The translations under genes were made by a program, and so were the position numbers. The notes beneath the pieces are model-generated. The model ran no database searches, was not told where the DNA came from, and saw only the letters and a list, made by a program, of their open reading frames with translations. A stretch of 64,000 bases of DNA from an uncultured Arcobacter sp. Its GTDB lineage: Bacteria > Campylobacterota > Campylobacteria > Campylobacterales > Arcobacteraceae. Where the stretch lies: the NCBI GenBank assembly GCA_965140705.1, contig OZ223300.1:512001-576000 (forward strand), given 5' to 3'. This document shows, one piece after another, positions 31,394 to 43,020 of the stretch; within the stretch, counting starts at the first letter, position 1, and each line of letters begins with the position of its first letter.

Positions 31394-32298
31394 AACAAAG
31401 AACAATAGCAAAAGCAGTAGAAATAGTTGGAATTGGGCTTCATAAAGGTGTTCCTGTAAAAATGAAATTAGAGCCTTTGGAAGCTAATCAAGGAATAATA
31501 TTTTATAGGTCTGATGAAGCTTTAACAATTCCTCTAAAAATAGAAAATGTTGTTGATACAAAAATGGCAACAGTTATTGGAAAAGATGGAGTTGTTATTT
31601 CAACTATTGAACATCTTTTATCTGCTGTTTATGCTTATGGAATTGATAATTTGCGAATTGTTCTTGATAATGATGAGGTTCCAGTACTTGATGGGAGTTC
31701 ATCTGGATATTGTATGCTAATTGATGAAGTTGGCATAAAAGAGTTAAGTGAATCAAAAAAAGTAATTAAGATAAAAAAAGAGGTTGAAGTTACAACTGAA
31801 GATGGTAAAAGAGTATCTTTAAAGCCCTCTAATCATATTGTTTATGATTTTTCCATTGACTTTGAAAATCCAGTAATTGGACAACAAAATTACCATTTTG
31901 ATTATAGTATTGATGAGTATAAAGAAAATATTTCAAAAGCTAGAACTTTTGGATTTTTGCATGAAGTACAATATCTTAGAAGTATAGGTTTAGCTCAAGG
32001 TGGTAGTATGGAAAATGCTATTGTTGTAGATAATGATAAAATCTTAAATCCAGAAGGATTAAGATATGAGAATGAATTTGTAAGACATAAAATTCTTGAT
32101 GCTATAGGTGATATGTCTTTATTGGGATATACATTAATAGGTGAATATGATGCACATGCTGGAAGTCATCACTTAAATCATTTATTGACAAAAAAAGTTT
32201 ATGAATCAGAAGAGAATTATGAAATTTTAGATTTAGAAGAAGCACAAAAAGAGAGTTATGTTTTCCAAAAAGCATATGCTTTAGTTGATGTAAATTAA
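31390..32298 (+). CDS. lpxC: UDP-3-O-acyl-GlcNAc deacetylase
   Basis: MKQRTI, GIGLH, TIEHLLSA, ARTFGF, RHKILDAIGD. Confidence 0.97.
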   Translation: MKQRTIAKAVEIVGIGLHKGVPVKMKLEPLEANQGIIFYRSDEALTIPLKIENVVDTKMATVIGKDGVVISTIEHLLSAVYAYGIDNLRIVLDNDEVPVLDGSSSGYCMLIDEVGIKELSESKKVIKIKKEVEVTTEDGKRVSLKPSNHIVYDFSIDFENPVIGQQNYHFDYSIDEYKENISKARTFGFLHEVQYLRSIGLAQGGSMENAIVVDNDKILNPEGLRYENEFVRHKILDAIGDMSLLGYTLIGEYDAHAGSHHLNHLLTKKVYESEENYEILDLEEAQKESYVFQKAYALVDVN

Positions 32299-32306
32299 GG
32301 GATTAT

Positions 32307-32759
32307 TTGATAGATATTATAGTTATTTCAATTTCGAGTCCAATAAAAATCGGAATTTATGAAAATCAAGTTTTAATAAAAGAGCTTGAACCAGAGGGAA
32401 AAACATCTGATATTTTGCCAATAATATTTAAAAATTTATTGCAAGATTATGATATAAAATCTATAACTTATGTAAATACTCCAGGCTCTTATATGGCAAT
32501 AAAAGTAGCTTATGTATTTTTAAAAACTATTTGTATTGCTAGAAAAATAGAGTTAAATGCCGCTAGTGGATTTTTGTTTAATGACAATTCCCCAATTAAA
32601 GCTTTGGGTAAAAAGTATTTTTTTAATAAAAATGGTAAAATAATTATAGATTTTTTAGAAGAAAAGAGTATAATTTCAGATTTTAAATTACCAAAAAATT
32701 TAGATAGAACAAAGTTCTCTTCTAATACTTTGCCAATTTATAATTTACCAGCAGTATAA
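32307..32759 (+). CDS. Short TsaB/YeaZ-like protein
   Basis: PGSYMAIKV resembles the TsaB GPGSFTG motif; position between lpxC and thrB. Confidence 0.6.
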   Translation: MIDIIVISISSPIKIGIYENQVLIKELEPEGKTSDILPIIFKNLLQDYDIKSITYVNTPGSYMAIKVAYVFLKTICIARKIELNAASGFLFNDNSPIKALGKKYFFNKNGKIIIDFLEEKSIISDFKLPKNLDRTKFSSNTLPIYNLPAV

Positions 32760-32770
32760 AAGGAATATAA

Positions 32771-33652
32771 TTGAGAATTAGTGTGCCAGCGACGAGTGCA
32801 AACCTAGGACCAGGTTTTGATACCCTAGGGTTAGCTTTAAAAATAAAAAATCAAGTAACAATAAGACCAGCAAAATTTCATAGTGTATCTTTAAAAGGTG
32901 AAGGTTCTAATAATCCTATTTTAAAAGATAACAATATGTTTATTGCTATTTTTAATGATTTTTATAATAATTTATCACAAAAAAAGAGATCTTTTAGATT
33001 TGAATTTGAGAATCAAATTCCATTATCAAGAGGTTTAGGAAGTTCATCTGCTGTAATTGTTAGTGCAATTGCATCAGCATATGCAATTGAAGAGATGGAA
33101 TTACCAAAAGAAAAACTGCTTAATTTAGCATTAGCTTATGAATCACATCCTGATAATATAACTCCAGCAGTTATGGGTGGATTTACAGTCTCTTCAGTTG
33201 AAGATAATGAAGTAAAATTCATAAATAAGTCTATTCCTAAAAGTTTAAGTGCAGTGGTTGTTGTCCCAAATAGACCAATTTCTACACAACTTTCAAGAAA
33301 AACTTTACCGTATAAGTATTCTAAAGAAGATGCTATATTTAATCTATCTCACTCTTCTTTATTAACAGCTGCTTTTATGAGTGAAAATTGGGAGATGCTA
33401 AAAATAGCCTCTCAAGATAAATTTCATCAAAGTTATAGGATGAGACAAATGCCAGAGCTTTTTGAGGTTCAAAAGTGCTCTTTAAATAGTGGTGCTCTAA
33501 TGAGTACTCTATCTGGTTCTGGTTCTACACTTTTTTCTATTTGTTATTTTGAAGATGCAAAAAAAATAGAGAAAGAGTTAAGAGCAAAATTTCCACATTT
33601 TAAAGTTTTTATTTCTGGTTTTGATAACTATGGAATTAAAGTTGAAGCATAA
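32771..33652 (+). CDS. thrB: Homoserine kinase
   Basis: [31 protein letters not shown]. Confidence 0.96.
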   Translation: MRISVPATSANLGPGFDTLGLALKIKNQVTIRPAKFHSVSLKGEGSNNPILKDNNMFIAIFNDFYNNLSQKKRSFRFEFENQIPLSRGLGSSSAVIVSAIASAYAIEEMELPKEKLLNLALAYESHPDNITPAVMGGFTVSSVEDNEVKFINKSIPKSLSAVVVVPNRPISTQLSRKTLPYKYSKEDAIFNLSHSSLLTAAFMSENWEMLKIASQDKFHQSYRMRQMPELFEVQKCSLNSGALMSTLSGSGSTLFSICYFEDAKKIEKELRAKFPHFKVFISGFDNYGIKVEA

Positions 33653-33686
33653 AAATTGGAAATTTAGTAAATTTTGGATATAATCA

Positions 33687-33953
33687 TTGCCTAAATTAGA
33701 AAAACCTATAAGAACTTGTATAGTTTGTCGTAGTAAATTAAGTAAAGAAAACTTAGTTAGACTTCAATGTAAGGATTATAAACTTACCAGTTTTGATGGA
33801 ATAGGTAGGAGTTTCTATATTTGTAAAGAGTGTCAAGAGAAAGCTCTTTTGGATATTGAAACAAAAAAAATAGAAAAAGCACTTTTTAGACAGTGCAAAA
33901 AAAAAGACGAGTACTTGGTACAACTTAAGGAGATAATAACGCATGTCAGATAA
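33687..33953 (+). CDS. YlxR/DUF448 nucleic-acid-binding protein
   Basis: PIRTCIVCR and GRSFYIC; directly upstream of infB. Confidence 0.85.
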   Translation: MPKLEKPIRTCIVCRSKLSKENLVRLQCKDYKLTSFDGIGRSFYICKECQEKALLDIETKKIEKALFRQCKKKDEYLVQLKEIITHVR

Positions 33954-36612
33954 CGTAAGAGTATATGAAATTGCAGAAGAAGCTGGGGCTAGCAGCAACC
34001 ATGTCATAAATAAAGCAAAAGATTTAGGAATTGAACTTAAATCACCTCAAAGTCAAACAACAGTTGAGGATGCAGAAGAGATAGTAAACTATATAATGAC
34101 TGGAAAAAGTAAAAAACTTCCACAAAAGAAAAAAGTAGCTAAAAAGGTTGAACCTAAAGTAGTTAAAGAAGAACCTGTGGTAATTGAAGAAACTAAGCCA
34201 AAAGAAGAAATTACTGTTAAAAAAATTAAGGTTGAAGAACCAAAAGAAGAAATTAAACCAGTAATTGAAAAACCTAAAAAAACTGAAGATACTAGCCCTA
34301 AAAAAACTGATGATACTCAAGAAGTTACTGATACTTTATCTGTTAAAAAAGTTGTACCTAAAAGAAGAGGTTTAAAAATTGTTAAGAAGAAAAAACCTGA
34401 AGAGCCAAAAGTAGAAAAGAAAGAAGAGTTAACTTTCTCTTCGGATGATTCTTCACAGGTAAAAAAACCTATGAAATCACTTAGTGAAATTTTAGGTGGT
34501 AATGGTAATACTAATCAAGAAAATCAAACAGAAGCTGCAAAAGCAAAAGCAAAAGCACAAAAGAAAAAAACTCCTCCAAAAGCTCATGAGCATGGAAAAG
34601 TATTAGAAATATCTAAACAAGAGTTTAAAGAATCTGATGATTCATTATTAGGTGAAGAAGTTGTTTTACTTGATATGGGATTAACTGATACATCAAAATT
34701 ATTTGATGATCCACACAAACCAGCAAAAAACAATAATGATAAGCAAACTAGAAGTTCAAAACCTGCTGCCTTTGGAAATAGACCTCAAGGTTTAAAAAGA
34801 GGTAGAAGAAAGAAAAGAATTAAAAGAGAAGTTGAAGCAACAGAAGTAACTGAAATTACTATACCTGAAGATGTTAGGGTTTATGAGTTTGCAGAAGCTT
34901 GTGGTAAAAGTGCTTCAGAAGTAATTACAGTACTATTTTCTTTAGGAATGATGGTTACAAAAAATGACTTCTTAAAACAAGATGAATTAGAGATCCTTGG
35001 TGAAGAGTTTGGTATTGAAGTAACTGTAAAAGATGCTTTAGAAGATGTAAATTATGTGGAAGATTTTGAAGAAGAAATTGATAAATCTAATTTCGTAACT
35101 AGACCTCCAGTTGTTACAATAATGGGACATGTTGACCATGGTAAAACTTCATTATTAGATAAAATTAGAAGTGCAAAAGTTGCTAAAGGTGAAGCTGGTG
35201 GAATTACTCAACATATTTCTGCATATACAGTTGAACAAAATGGTAAAAAAATCACTTTCGTAGATACTCCAGGACATGCTGCCTTTAGTGAAATGAGATC
35301 AAGAGGTGCAAGTGTAACTGATGTTATTATCATTGTTGTTGCAGCTGATGATGGTGTTAAACCTCAAACTGAAGAAGTAATAGCACATGCAAAAGCTAGT
35401 GGTTGTCCAATCATTGTTGCAATGAATAAAATGGATAAAGAAACTGCAAATCCTGATATGGTTAAATCTCAAATGGCAGAGAAAGATATGCTTCCTATTG
35501 ATTGGGGTGGAGATATTGAGTTCATCGGTGTTTCAGCTCATACAGGTGAAGGTATTGATGATTTACTTGAGAATATTTTAATTCAAGCAGAAATGTTAGA
35601 GTTACAAGCAGATCCAACTTCAAAAGCTAAAGCTACAGTTGTAGAAGCTACACTTGAAAAAGGTAGAGGTCCAGTTGCAACTGTAATTGTACAAAGCGGT
35701 ACATTAAGAGTTGGTGATAATATCGTAAGTGATACTACATATGGTAGAGTAAAAGCTATAACTAATGATATGGGTAAACCTGTAAAAGAGTTAGGTCTTT
35801 CTGAAACTGGTAATGTATTAGGATTAAATGATATTCCTACATCTGGTTCTGTTATGGTTGCACAAGATAGTGAAAAAGAAGCTAGAGATATTGCTACTAC
35901 TAGAGCTGAACATGCAAGAGCAAAAGAGTTATCTAAATCAACTAAAGTATCTTTAGAAGAGATGAGTGGATTAATTGCAGAAGGGAAAATAAAACAACTT
36001 CCAGTGATTATTAAAACTGATGTTGGTGGTTCTTTAGAAGCCATTAAAGGTTCATTAGAAAAAATCCAAAATGATGAAGTAAAAGTTAAAATTTTACATG
36101 CAGCAGTTGGTGGAATCACTGAATCTGATGTGGTTTTAGCAGGAGCTAGTGAAGGTTGTATTATCTTAGGATTTAATGTAAGACCTACTGGTTCTATTAA
36201 ACAAAAAGCAAAAGCTGATGGAATTACAATCAATACTTATAGTATTATTTATGATTTAATTGATGATATCAAAGCAACACTATCTGGTATGATGAGTGCA
36301 GTAATAAGAGAAGAAAATACTGGACAAGCAGAAGTTAAAGATACATTCGTAGTTCCAAAAGTTGGAACTGTTGCTGGATGTTTAGTAACTGATGGTAAAG
36401 TTATAAAAGGTGAACATGCAAGAATCATTAGAGATGGTGTTGTTACATATACAGGTAAAATCTCATCACTTAAAAGATTCAAAGATGATGCAAAAGAAGT
36501 TGTTAATGGATTTGAATGTGGTATTATGTTTGAGAAATTCAATGATATAAAAGTTGGAGATTTCATCGAAACATTTATTCAAATTGAAGAAAAAATCAAT
36601 ATAGATTTATAA
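33943..36612 (+). CDS. infB: Translation initiation factor IF-2
   Basis: [28 protein letters not shown]. Confidence 0.98.
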   Translation: MSDNVRVYEIAEEAGASSNHVINKAKDLGIELKSPQSQTTVEDAEEIVNYIMTGKSKKLPQKKKVAKKVEPKVVKEEPVVIEETKPKEEITVKKIKVEEPKEEIKPVIEKPKKTEDTSPKKTDDTQEVTDTLSVKKVVPKRRGLKIVKKKKPEEPKVEKKEELTFSSDDSSQVKKPMKSLSEILGGNGNTNQENQTEAAKAKAKAQKKKTPPKAHEHGKVLEISKQEFKESDDSLLGEEVVLLDMGLTDTSKLFDDPHKPAKNNNDKQTRSSKPAAFGNRPQGLKRGRRKKRIKREVEATEVTEITIPEDVRVYEFAEACGKSASEVITVLFSLGMMVTKNDFLKQDELEILGEEFGIEVTVKDALEDVNYVEDFEEEIDKSNFVTRPPVVTIMGHVDHGKTSLLDKIRSAKVAKGEAGGITQHISAYTVEQNGKKITFVDTPGHAAFSEMRSRGASVTDVIIIVVAADDGVKPQTEEVIAHAKASGCPIIVAMNKMDKETANPDMVKSQMAEKDMLPIDWGGDIEFIGVSAHTGEGIDDLLENILIQAEMLELQADPTSKAKATVVEATLEKGRGPVATVIVQSGTLRVGDNIVSDTTYGRVKAITNDMGKPVKELGLSETGNVLGLNDIPTSGSVMVAQDSEKEARDIATTRAEHARAKELSKSTKVSLEEMSGLIAEGKIKQLPVIIKTDVGGSLEAIKGSLEKIQNDEVKVKILHAAVGGITESDVVLAGASEGCIILGFNVRPTGSIKQKAKADGITINTYSIIYDLIDDIKATLSGMMSAVIREENTGQAEVKDTFVVPKVGTVAGCLVTDGKVIKGEHARIIRDGVVTYTGKISSLKRFKDDAKEVVNGFECGIMFEKFNDIKVGDFIETFIQIEEKINIDL

Positions 36613-36613
36613 G

Positions 36614-36970
36614 ATGAAAAGTGTAAACTTACAAAGAACAGAGTCTTTACTTATGGAATTAATTCCTGAGGCTCTGGCTACTTTAAATGACAATAGAATC
36701 AAATCATTGGGAATTACTGAAGTTAATTGTAGAAATGGTAAATATGATGCTATAGTTTATTATGATGGAAGTGATTATGATAAAAAAGAACACCAAATAT
36801 TAAATAACTTATTAAGTAAAGCAAATGGACATATCAAAACTTACTGTTTAAATGCAACAGGTTGGTACAAATGTCCAAACTTTAAATTTCAAGCTGATGA
36901 CAAATTAGAAAAAGACTTAAAAATAGAGTCTTTATTTGAAAAAATAAAAAAAGAGAAAAAAGAGGACTAA
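36614..36970 (+). CDS. rbfA: 30S ribosome-binding factor A
   Basis: Size, position after infB, P.F.F..D motif. Confidence 0.85.
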   Translation: MKSVNLQRTESLLMELIPEALATLNDNRIKSLGITEVNCRNGKYDAIVYYDGSDYDKKEHQILNNLLSKANGHIKTYCLNATGWYKCPNFKFQADDKLEKDLKIESLFEKIKKEKKED

Positions 36971-37398
36971 TGACTTTAGAAGAATCAATTGAAATGACTG
37001 TAAAAGGTTGTGGAGTTGAATTATATGATATTTTAACTACTAAAGAAAATGATAGAGACATATATAGAATTTATATAACATCTAAAGATGGTGTTTCACT
37101 TGACAAATGTGCTGAAGTCTCAAGATTAATTTCACCTATTCTAGATACAAATGAACCAATGTATGGTAAATATAACTTAGAAGTTAGTTCTCCTGGAATT
37201 GAGAGAAAGTTAAAAAGAACAGCTCATTATATCTCTTCAGTTGGTGAAAAAGTTAAAGTAAAAGATTTTGACAAAAATGTATTAAAAGGTGAATTAATTT
37301 TTGCCGATGAGAATGAAATAAAAGTGAAAACTCAAGAGGGTGAAGAAACTATTTCTTATGATAAAATCTCTTCAGCTTCAACTTATTTTGAATGGTAA
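36970..37398 (+). CDS. rimP: Ribosome maturation factor
   Basis: [22 protein letters not shown]. Confidence 0.93.
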   Translation: MTLEESIEMTVKGCGVELYDILTTKENDRDIYRIYITSKDGVSLDKCAEVSRLISPILDTNEPMYGKYNLEVSSPGIERKLKRTAHYISSVGEKVKVKDFDKNVLKGELIFADENEIKVKTQEGEETISYDKISSASTYFEW

Positions 37399-37413
37399 TG
37401 TAAGGAAATATGC

Positions 37414-38040
37414 ATGAGTTTTGAAAGCTCATTAACTTTTTTCCTAGCAATATTTATTTTTAGCATTACTCCAGGTCCTGGAGTTTTTGCTCTTTTAGCA
37501 AGAGGAATGACTCTTGGCACTAAACACTGTATTCCCTTAGCTTTTGGTATGTCTATAAGTGATATTATTTATTTAGTTTTTGCATGTCTAGGATTAGCAA
37601 CAATTGCACAAAACTATGCTTTATTATTTGAATTTATTAGAATAATTGGAGCCCTTTATCTGTTTTATTTGGGTTACAAGATGTTTACTACACCAATTGA
37701 AATTGAGTCAGTATCAAAAGACAAAGGCCCTAAAAAAGATTTTTTCTTGAGCTTTATGCAAGGCTTTTTAATCTCAGCTTCAAATCCAAAAGTTATATTA
37801 TTTTATATAGCTTTTTTACCAACATTTTTAGATATAAAATCTCTAAGTACTTATGATATTTTTATAGTTTCTACTTTAGCACTATTTGCATTGATGATTG
37901 GATTGATGTGTGTGTCAATTTTAGCAGCACAGGCAAAACAAGTTCTAAAATCTAAAAAAGCACTAAAAAGATTAAACTATACTGCTGGTTCAATTATGAT
38001 TGCAGCTGGAAGCTTTTTATTATTTAATAGGCAAGCATAA
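37414..38040 (+). CDS. LysE/RhtB-family amino-acid exporter
   Basis: ITPGPG, GALYLFYLG, SNPKVILFY. Confidence 0.9.
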   Translation: MSFESSLTFFLAIFIFSITPGPGVFALLARGMTLGTKHCIPLAFGMSISDIIYLVFACLGLATIAQNYALLFEFIRIIGALYLFYLGYKMFTTPIEIESVSKDKGPKKDFFLSFMQGFLISASNPKVILFYIAFLPTFLDIKSLSTYDIFIVSTLALFALMIGLMCVSILAAQAKQVLKSKKALKRLNYTAGSIMIAAGSFLLFNRQA

Positions 38041-39047
38041 TGGTAATAGACGATAAATTTTATATGAAACTTGCTATTGATGAAGCATGGAAATATCAGC
38101 TTCTAACATATCCAAATCCAGCAGTTGGTTGTGTAATTGTAAAAAAAGGTGAGATTATAGCTATAGAAGCTCACAAAGAAGCAGGAATGCCACATGCAGA
38201 AGTGAATGCCCTAAAAGCTGCATATTTAAAAAAGAATCAAAATGATACATTAAAGATAAAAAAAACTTCCCATGAGATTCATGATTATTTGCTAAAAAAT
38301 CATAATAATTTTTTTAATGATTGTGAAGTTTATGTAACTTTAGAACCATGTAATCACATAGGGAAAACTCCCTCATGTGCAAACCTCTTAAAAGAGTTAA
38401 AACCTAAAAGAGTAATCATAGCCCATGAAGATACAAATAAACAAGCCTCAGGTGGCATACAAACCCTAGAAAGTGTAAATATAGATGTTAGTCTAGGATG
38501 TATGAAAAAAGAAGCCTATGCCCTTTTATATCCATTTATAAAGTGGAGCAGCGGAACATTTATATTCTATAAAATGGCACAAACCCTAAATGGCTCTATA
38601 GATGGAAAAGTATCATCAACTATGGCACAACTTTATGTACATACACTAAGAGATAAAATAGACTTAATGCTAATAGGTGGAAATACAGTAAGAACAGATA
38701 AACCAACCTTAGATGCAAGATATATAGCAGGACGAGCCCCAAATGTAATGATATATAGTAAAAACAAAATCTTCGATAATAATATCCCACTATTTAAAGT
38801 ACCAAATAGAGAAGTAATAATAAGTGATGACTTATTTAAACTACTAGATTACAAGTTTGTAATGGCAGAGGGCATTTATAATTTAATGGATACACTAAAA
38901 GAGCGAATTGATTATATGATACTTTTAATTAGTCCAAAAATTAGAAAAGGTGTAAATGCTTTAAATGAGATTGATATGGATTTTGAGATTGTTCATGAAA
39001 ATTATATAGGTGAAGAGAAAATTGTTTTTCTCAAAAGAAAGAATTAA
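38040..39047 (+). CDS. ribD: Riboflavin biosynthesis deaminase/reductase
   Basis: PNPAVGC, HAEV, VTLEPCNH.GKTPSC, GGNTVRTDKP. Confidence 0.95.
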   Translation: MVIDDKFYMKLAIDEAWKYQLLTYPNPAVGCVIVKKGEIIAIEAHKEAGMPHAEVNALKAAYLKKNQNDTLKIKKTSHEIHDYLLKNHNNFFNDCEVYVTLEPCNHIGKTPSCANLLKELKPKRVIIAHEDTNKQASGGIQTLESVNIDVSLGCMKKEAYALLYPFIKWSSGTFIFYKMAQTLNGSIDGKVSSTMAQLYVHTLRDKIDLMLIGGNTVRTDKPTLDARYIAGRAPNVMIYSKNKIFDNNIPLFKVPNREVIISDDLFKLLDYKFVMAEGIYNLMDTLKERIDYMILLISPKIRKGVNALNEIDMDFEIVHENYIGEEKIVFLKRKN

Positions 39048-39065
39048 ACAATTTTTATCAAACTG

Positions 39066-39192
39066 AAAAATATAAATATTTATTGATAGAAACAAGAGAG
39101 AGGTTTTTTTGAGGAAGGAGCTGACAAGTGTCAGTAACTCTGAAGAAAAGAAATCTCTATCGCAGTTTATAGCGATAAAGATTTATATTTTT
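39066..39192. repeat. ~127-nt imperfect palindromic element (MITE/REP-like) filling the ribD-efp gap
   Basis: Terminal aaaaatataaat/atttatattttt; nested tttattg/cgataaa, aaac/gttt, agag/ctct; central ctgaca-ag-tgtcag. Confidence 0.6.
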
Positions 39193-39754
39193 ATTTTACT
39201 TTTTCTAAGTACTCACCAGTTCTTGTGTCACATTTAATAACGTCACCTTCAACTAAGTGAAATGGTATTTGTACTACTGCACCTGATTCAAGAGTTGCAG
39301 GTTTTTTACCACCTTGAGAATCACCTTTGAAGTTTGGTGGAGTATCTACTATTTTTAATTCAACTGTCATTGGTGGTTCAACTGTGATTGCGCTTCCATT
39401 GAAGAACATCATATCACAACTCATACCATCAATAATCCAATCAAATGCTTCACCAACTTGGTCATATGTTAAACCAATTTGTTCATAAGTATTGTTATCC
39501 ATAAATTGTAATAACTCACCATCATCGTATAAAAACTGCATAGTTTTTTGTTGTAAATCTGGAGTTTCACATTTATCACCAGCATGGAAAGTTTTTTCAA
39601 TAACTTTTCCATTTAAAAAAGATTTAATTTTACATCTTACAAATGCTGCACCTTTTCCAGGTTTTACATGTTGATATTCAGTAATTTTGTAAGGTATTCC
39701 ATCAATTTGGATTTTTAATCCCTTTTTTAATTCACTCATTCCTATATTTGCCAA
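39191..39754 (-). CDS. efp: Elongation factor P (TTG start)
   Basis: [25 protein letters not shown]. Confidence 0.97.
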   Translation of the reverse strand: MANIGMSELKKGLKIQIDGIPYKITEYQHVKPGKGAAFVRCKIKSFLNGKVIEKTFHAGDKCETPDLQQKTMQFLYDDGELLQFMDNNTYEQIGLTYDQVGEAFDWIIDGMSCDMMFFNGSAITVEPPMTVELKIVDTPPNFKGDSQGGKKPATLESGAVVQIPFHLVEGDVIKCDTRTGEYLEKVK

Positions 39755-39766
39755 AGTTACCCCTTA

Positions 39767-41350
39767 TTATATTTCTACATAAGAAACTGAAATTGCAGCT
39801 TCTAAGTTTTCTAATTGTTTTAAAACATCGTGAGAAACAAATGAATCAACTAATATGACAGCCAATGCAGAGTCTTTTCCACGAGATAATCTAAAGTCAG
39901 CGATATTGATATTATTATCACCTAAAGTTTTTCCAACTGTTCCAATTACGCCTGGGATATCAGAATTTCTTAAAAGAATCATATTTCCTTTTGGAGCAAT
40001 ATCAAATACGAAGCCATTAACTTCTACTATTCTTTGAACATCTTCATCAAATACAGTTCCTGAAATAGTATTTACACCTTTTTCAGTAGTGATTTTAACA
40101 GTTACTTTATTGCTATAGCCACTGCCATTTACGATTTCACAAGTATCAAATTTGATACCTTTTTCTTCAGCCCAAAATTTTGCATTTACATAATTAACTT
40201 CATCTCCACCAGCGACTTTTAAAGCGCCAACAGTTGCAAAAGTTAGAAGTGAATCTAAATACTCTTTGATCTCACCTTGTGCACTAACAGTTATTGATCT
40301 AATAGCAGTTTTATCAGTTTGTGCACTTAAGAATGCTATTTTTTGAGTTAATTCAATATATGGTTTAACAAAAGAAGGAATTTTGCTTTCATCTATTGGA
40401 AGGTTTAAAGCATTTGGATATGAAATACCTCTTGCTGACTCAATTGCATTTCTTGCAGCTTGAACTGCTATTTCTTTTTGAGATTCTTTTGTATTTGCAC
40501 CTAAGTGGGCAGTTACAGTTATATTTGGTAAATCTAATAATGGATTATTTATTGCTGGTTCTTTTTTGAAAACATCAATTCCTGCCATTGCAATTTTACC
40601 TGATTTTAGGTTATTATATAATGCTTCTTCATTATATAATCCACCCCTTGCACAGTTGATTAGAATTACTCCATCTTTCATCTTAGTAATTTGAGCTTCA
40701 CCAATCATATCGATTGTTTCTTGATTTTTTGGTGTATGTATTGTAATAATGTCACAAGATAAAATATCATCAAAGTTTGTAGTATATTTAATACCTAAAT
40801 CAGTCGCTTTTGTTGAAGGGATATAAGGGTCATAAGTAACTACGTCCATCTCAAATGATTTTGCTCTAAGTGCAACTCTATGTCCTATATTTCCAAAACC
40901 GATAACACCTAGTTTTTTCCCAAATAGTTCATTACCATACCAATCTTCTCTTTTCCATACTCTCTCATTTTTTAATTGATTATGAGCATAAGGAAACTTT
41001 CTCATACAAGAAAGCATGTGCGTCATTGTAAGTTCAACTGCTGCTATAGTATTTGCAGTTGGAACATTCATAGCAATAATACCTCTTTTGCTACAACCTT
41101 CCATATCCACATTATCATAACCAACACCAGCTCTTATAATAGCTTTTAAGTTTACAGCAGCATTTAAGAATTTTTCATCAACATCTGTTGAAGATCTTGT
41201 AATTGCAATGTCAGCATCTTTAATTACATCTAATAATGCAGTTTTATCAATATTAGCTGCAAAGACATAATTAATATCTTCTGCAGCTTTAAGTATATTT
41301 AGTCCATTTTCATGGATATGATCACAAACTACAATTGTATGTTTACTCAT
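39767..41350 (-). CDS. serA: D-3-phosphoglycerate dehydrogenase
   Basis: RAGVGYDNVD, GFGNIG, NCARGG, HLGA, C-terminal ACT domain. Confidence 0.95.
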   Translation of the reverse strand: MSKHTIVVCDHIHENGLNILKAAEDINYVFAANIDKTALLDVIKDADIAITRSSTDVDEKFLNAAVNLKAIIRAGVGYDNVDMEGCSKRGIIAMNVPTANTIAAVELTMTHMLSCMRKFPYAHNQLKNERVWKREDWYGNELFGKKLGVIGFGNIGHRVALRAKSFEMDVVTYDPYIPSTKATDLGIKYTTNFDDILSCDIITIHTPKNQETIDMIGEAQITKMKDGVILINCARGGLYNEEALYNNLKSGKIAMAGIDVFKKEPAINNPLLDLPNITVTAHLGANTKESQKEIAVQAARNAIESARGISYPNALNLPIDESKIPSFVKPYIELTQKIAFLSAQTDKTAIRSITVSAQGEIKEYLDSLLTFATVGALKVAGGDEVNYVNAKFWAEEKGIKFDTCEIVNGSGYSNKVTVKITTEKGVNTISGTVFDEDVQRIVEVNGFVFDIAPKGNMILLRNSDIPGVIGTVGKTLGDNNINIADFRLSRGKDSALAVILVDSFVSHDVLKQLENLEAAISVSYVEI

Positions 41351-41367
41351 TCTACTAAATCCTTGAA

Positions 41368-43020
41368 TTATTTCATTTGGTCTTTTAATAAGTCACCTAA
41401 AGTCATAGATGAATCATCATTTACAGATTTTAAGATTTCTCTTTCTTGTTGTTGTTCTAATCTTTTGATTGATAATCTAACTCTATTTCTATTAGTATCA
41501 ATATTTACAACAACAGCTTCAATCTCTTTTCCAATTTCAATATTATCAGCAGTTGTAGGAGCAAAATCTTCATTTCTAACTAGTCCATCTAAATTGTCTT
41601 CAAGTTTTATGAATAATCCGAAGTCTTTAAGATCTTTGATTGTTCCTTTTACAATATCTCCAATTTTATGAGTTGCTTGGAATTTTTTAGCAGGAGAGTC
41701 TGTAATATCTTTGATTGATAATGAAATATTTTCTTTTTCTTTGTCAATTTTGATAATTTTAACTTCAAGTTCATCACCTTTTTTGTAAAGGTTTTTACAT
41801 TTTGCATTACCTTCCCAAGAAGCTTCTTCATTGTGTAATAATCCATCAACATCACCAAGAGTAACAAATGCTCCAAATTCAGTTAAAGTTGCTACTTTAC
41901 CAGTAACGATATCTCCAACTTTATGCTCTTTTGTAAATTTTGCAAAAGGTTTTTCTTGAAGATTTTTTAAAGATACTCTTAATCTTTTTTTATCAACGTC
42001 TAATTCAATAACTTCAACATTAACTTCATCACCTAATGTTAATAAGTCTTTTGGATTTTTAAGATTTTTATTCCATGAAATTTCAGAGATATGTAATAAA
42101 CCTTCAATATCATTTCCTAAGTCAACAAATGCCCCATAAGACTCAAAGTTAGAGATAGTTACAGTAATAGTATCACCTACATCTAATTCGTCTCTGATTT
42201 CTTCCCAAGGGTTAGAAAGTGCAGCTTTAACTGATAAAGATAAATGTTGTTTTGCTTTATCATAAGATAGAACTTTAACTGTTACTTCATCACCTTCAGC
42301 ATAATAATTAGATGGATTAACAGGACCTTTGTAAGAGATTTCATTGTAGTTTACTAAACCATCAATTCCACCTAAATCTACAAACATTCCATAAGATGTA
42401 ATTTTTTTGATTGTTCCATTGATTAAACCATCATTTTCTAAAAATTGTGCAACTTTTGCATCTTTTTCTATTTTAGATTCTTCGATAAGTTTTTTTCTTG
42501 AAACTATGATTGAGTTTTGTGCTTCATTGATTTTTAAAACTTTTGCTTTAACTTTTTTACCAAGTGCACCTTGAGCTTTTAAATATGATTGAGCCATCGG
42601 CATGAAATATTCACAACCATTGTCATCTTCAATTATAAATCCACCTCTAGGTTTAATAGAGATAATTTTACCTTCAATTGTAACATCTTCTAAATTTTCT
42701 GAATGTTCTTTTACAAAAGCATCAAATTTTTCTTTTTGTAAAACTTTTTTATGAGAGATTGAAGGTTTTTCACCTCTAATACCAGTTAATATAACAGGAA
42801 TAGTATCACCTACTTTATATTTAACTTCACCACCAATAGTAATTTCAGAGATATGTAGTCTTCCTTCAACTTTTTGACCAACATCAACAGAAACGTTTTC
42901 ACCAGAAATTTCAACAATAACACCATCAACTACAGAGTTATTCTCTGCATTTTCGAAAGACTCATTAAGCATTTGCTCAAAGTCAAAGTCTTCACCAATT
43001 TCAATATCTTCGATACCCAT
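41368..43020 (-). CDS. rpsA: 30S ribosomal protein S1
   Basis: Repeated S1 domains (YGMFVDLG, YGAFVDLG, FGAFV); start reassigned to the ATG after AAGGA. Confidence 0.96.
   Translation of the reverse strand: MGIEDIEIGEDFDFEQMLNESFENAENNSVVDGVIVEISGENVSVDVGQKVEGRLHISEITIGGEVKYKVGDTIPVILTGIRGEKPSISHKKVLQKEKFDAFVKEHSENLEDVTIEGKIISIKPRGGFIIEDDNGCEYFMPMAQSYLKAQGALGKKVKAKVLKINEAQNSIIVSRKKLIEESKIEKDAKVAQFLENDGLINGTIKKITSYGMFVDLGGIDGLVNYNEISYKGPVNPSNYYAEGDEVTVKVLSYDKAKQHLSLSVKAALSNPWEEIRDELDVGDTITVTISNFESYGAFVDLGNDIEGLLHISEISWNKNLKNPKDLLTLGDEVNVEVIELDVDKKRLRVSLKNLQEKPFAKFTKEHKVGDIVTGKVATLTEFGAFVTLGDVDGLLHNEEASWEGNAKCKNLYKKGDELEVKIIKIDKEKENISLSIKDITDSPAKKFQATHKIGDIVKGTIKDLKDFGLFIKLEDNLDGLVRNEDFAPTTADNIEIGKEIEAVVVNIDTNRNRVRLSIKRLEQQQEREILKSVNDDSSMTLGDLLKDQMK

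Noticed and set aside
33679..33689. TATAAT directly before the TTG of the YlxR-like gene, which would put the TSS past the start codon
   Set aside because: Cannot distinguish a real internal promoter from a chance hexamer or a mis-called start without TSS data.
34100..34600. Repetitive Lys/Glu/Pro-rich sequence in infB
   Set aside because: Normal low-complexity IF-2 N-terminal linker, not a DNA repeat array.
35583..36233. 216-aa antisense ORF inside infB, and similar shadow ORFs opposite aroA/pheT, fabF, rpsA, ccoN and frdA
   Set aside because: They mirror well-supported genes and show no protein motifs; expected from codon bias.
37414..38040. LysE exporter between rimP and ribD as a possible mobile insertion
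   Set aside because: No flanking repeats or mobility genes and it is tightly coupled to ribD; kept only as context for the ribD codon tract.
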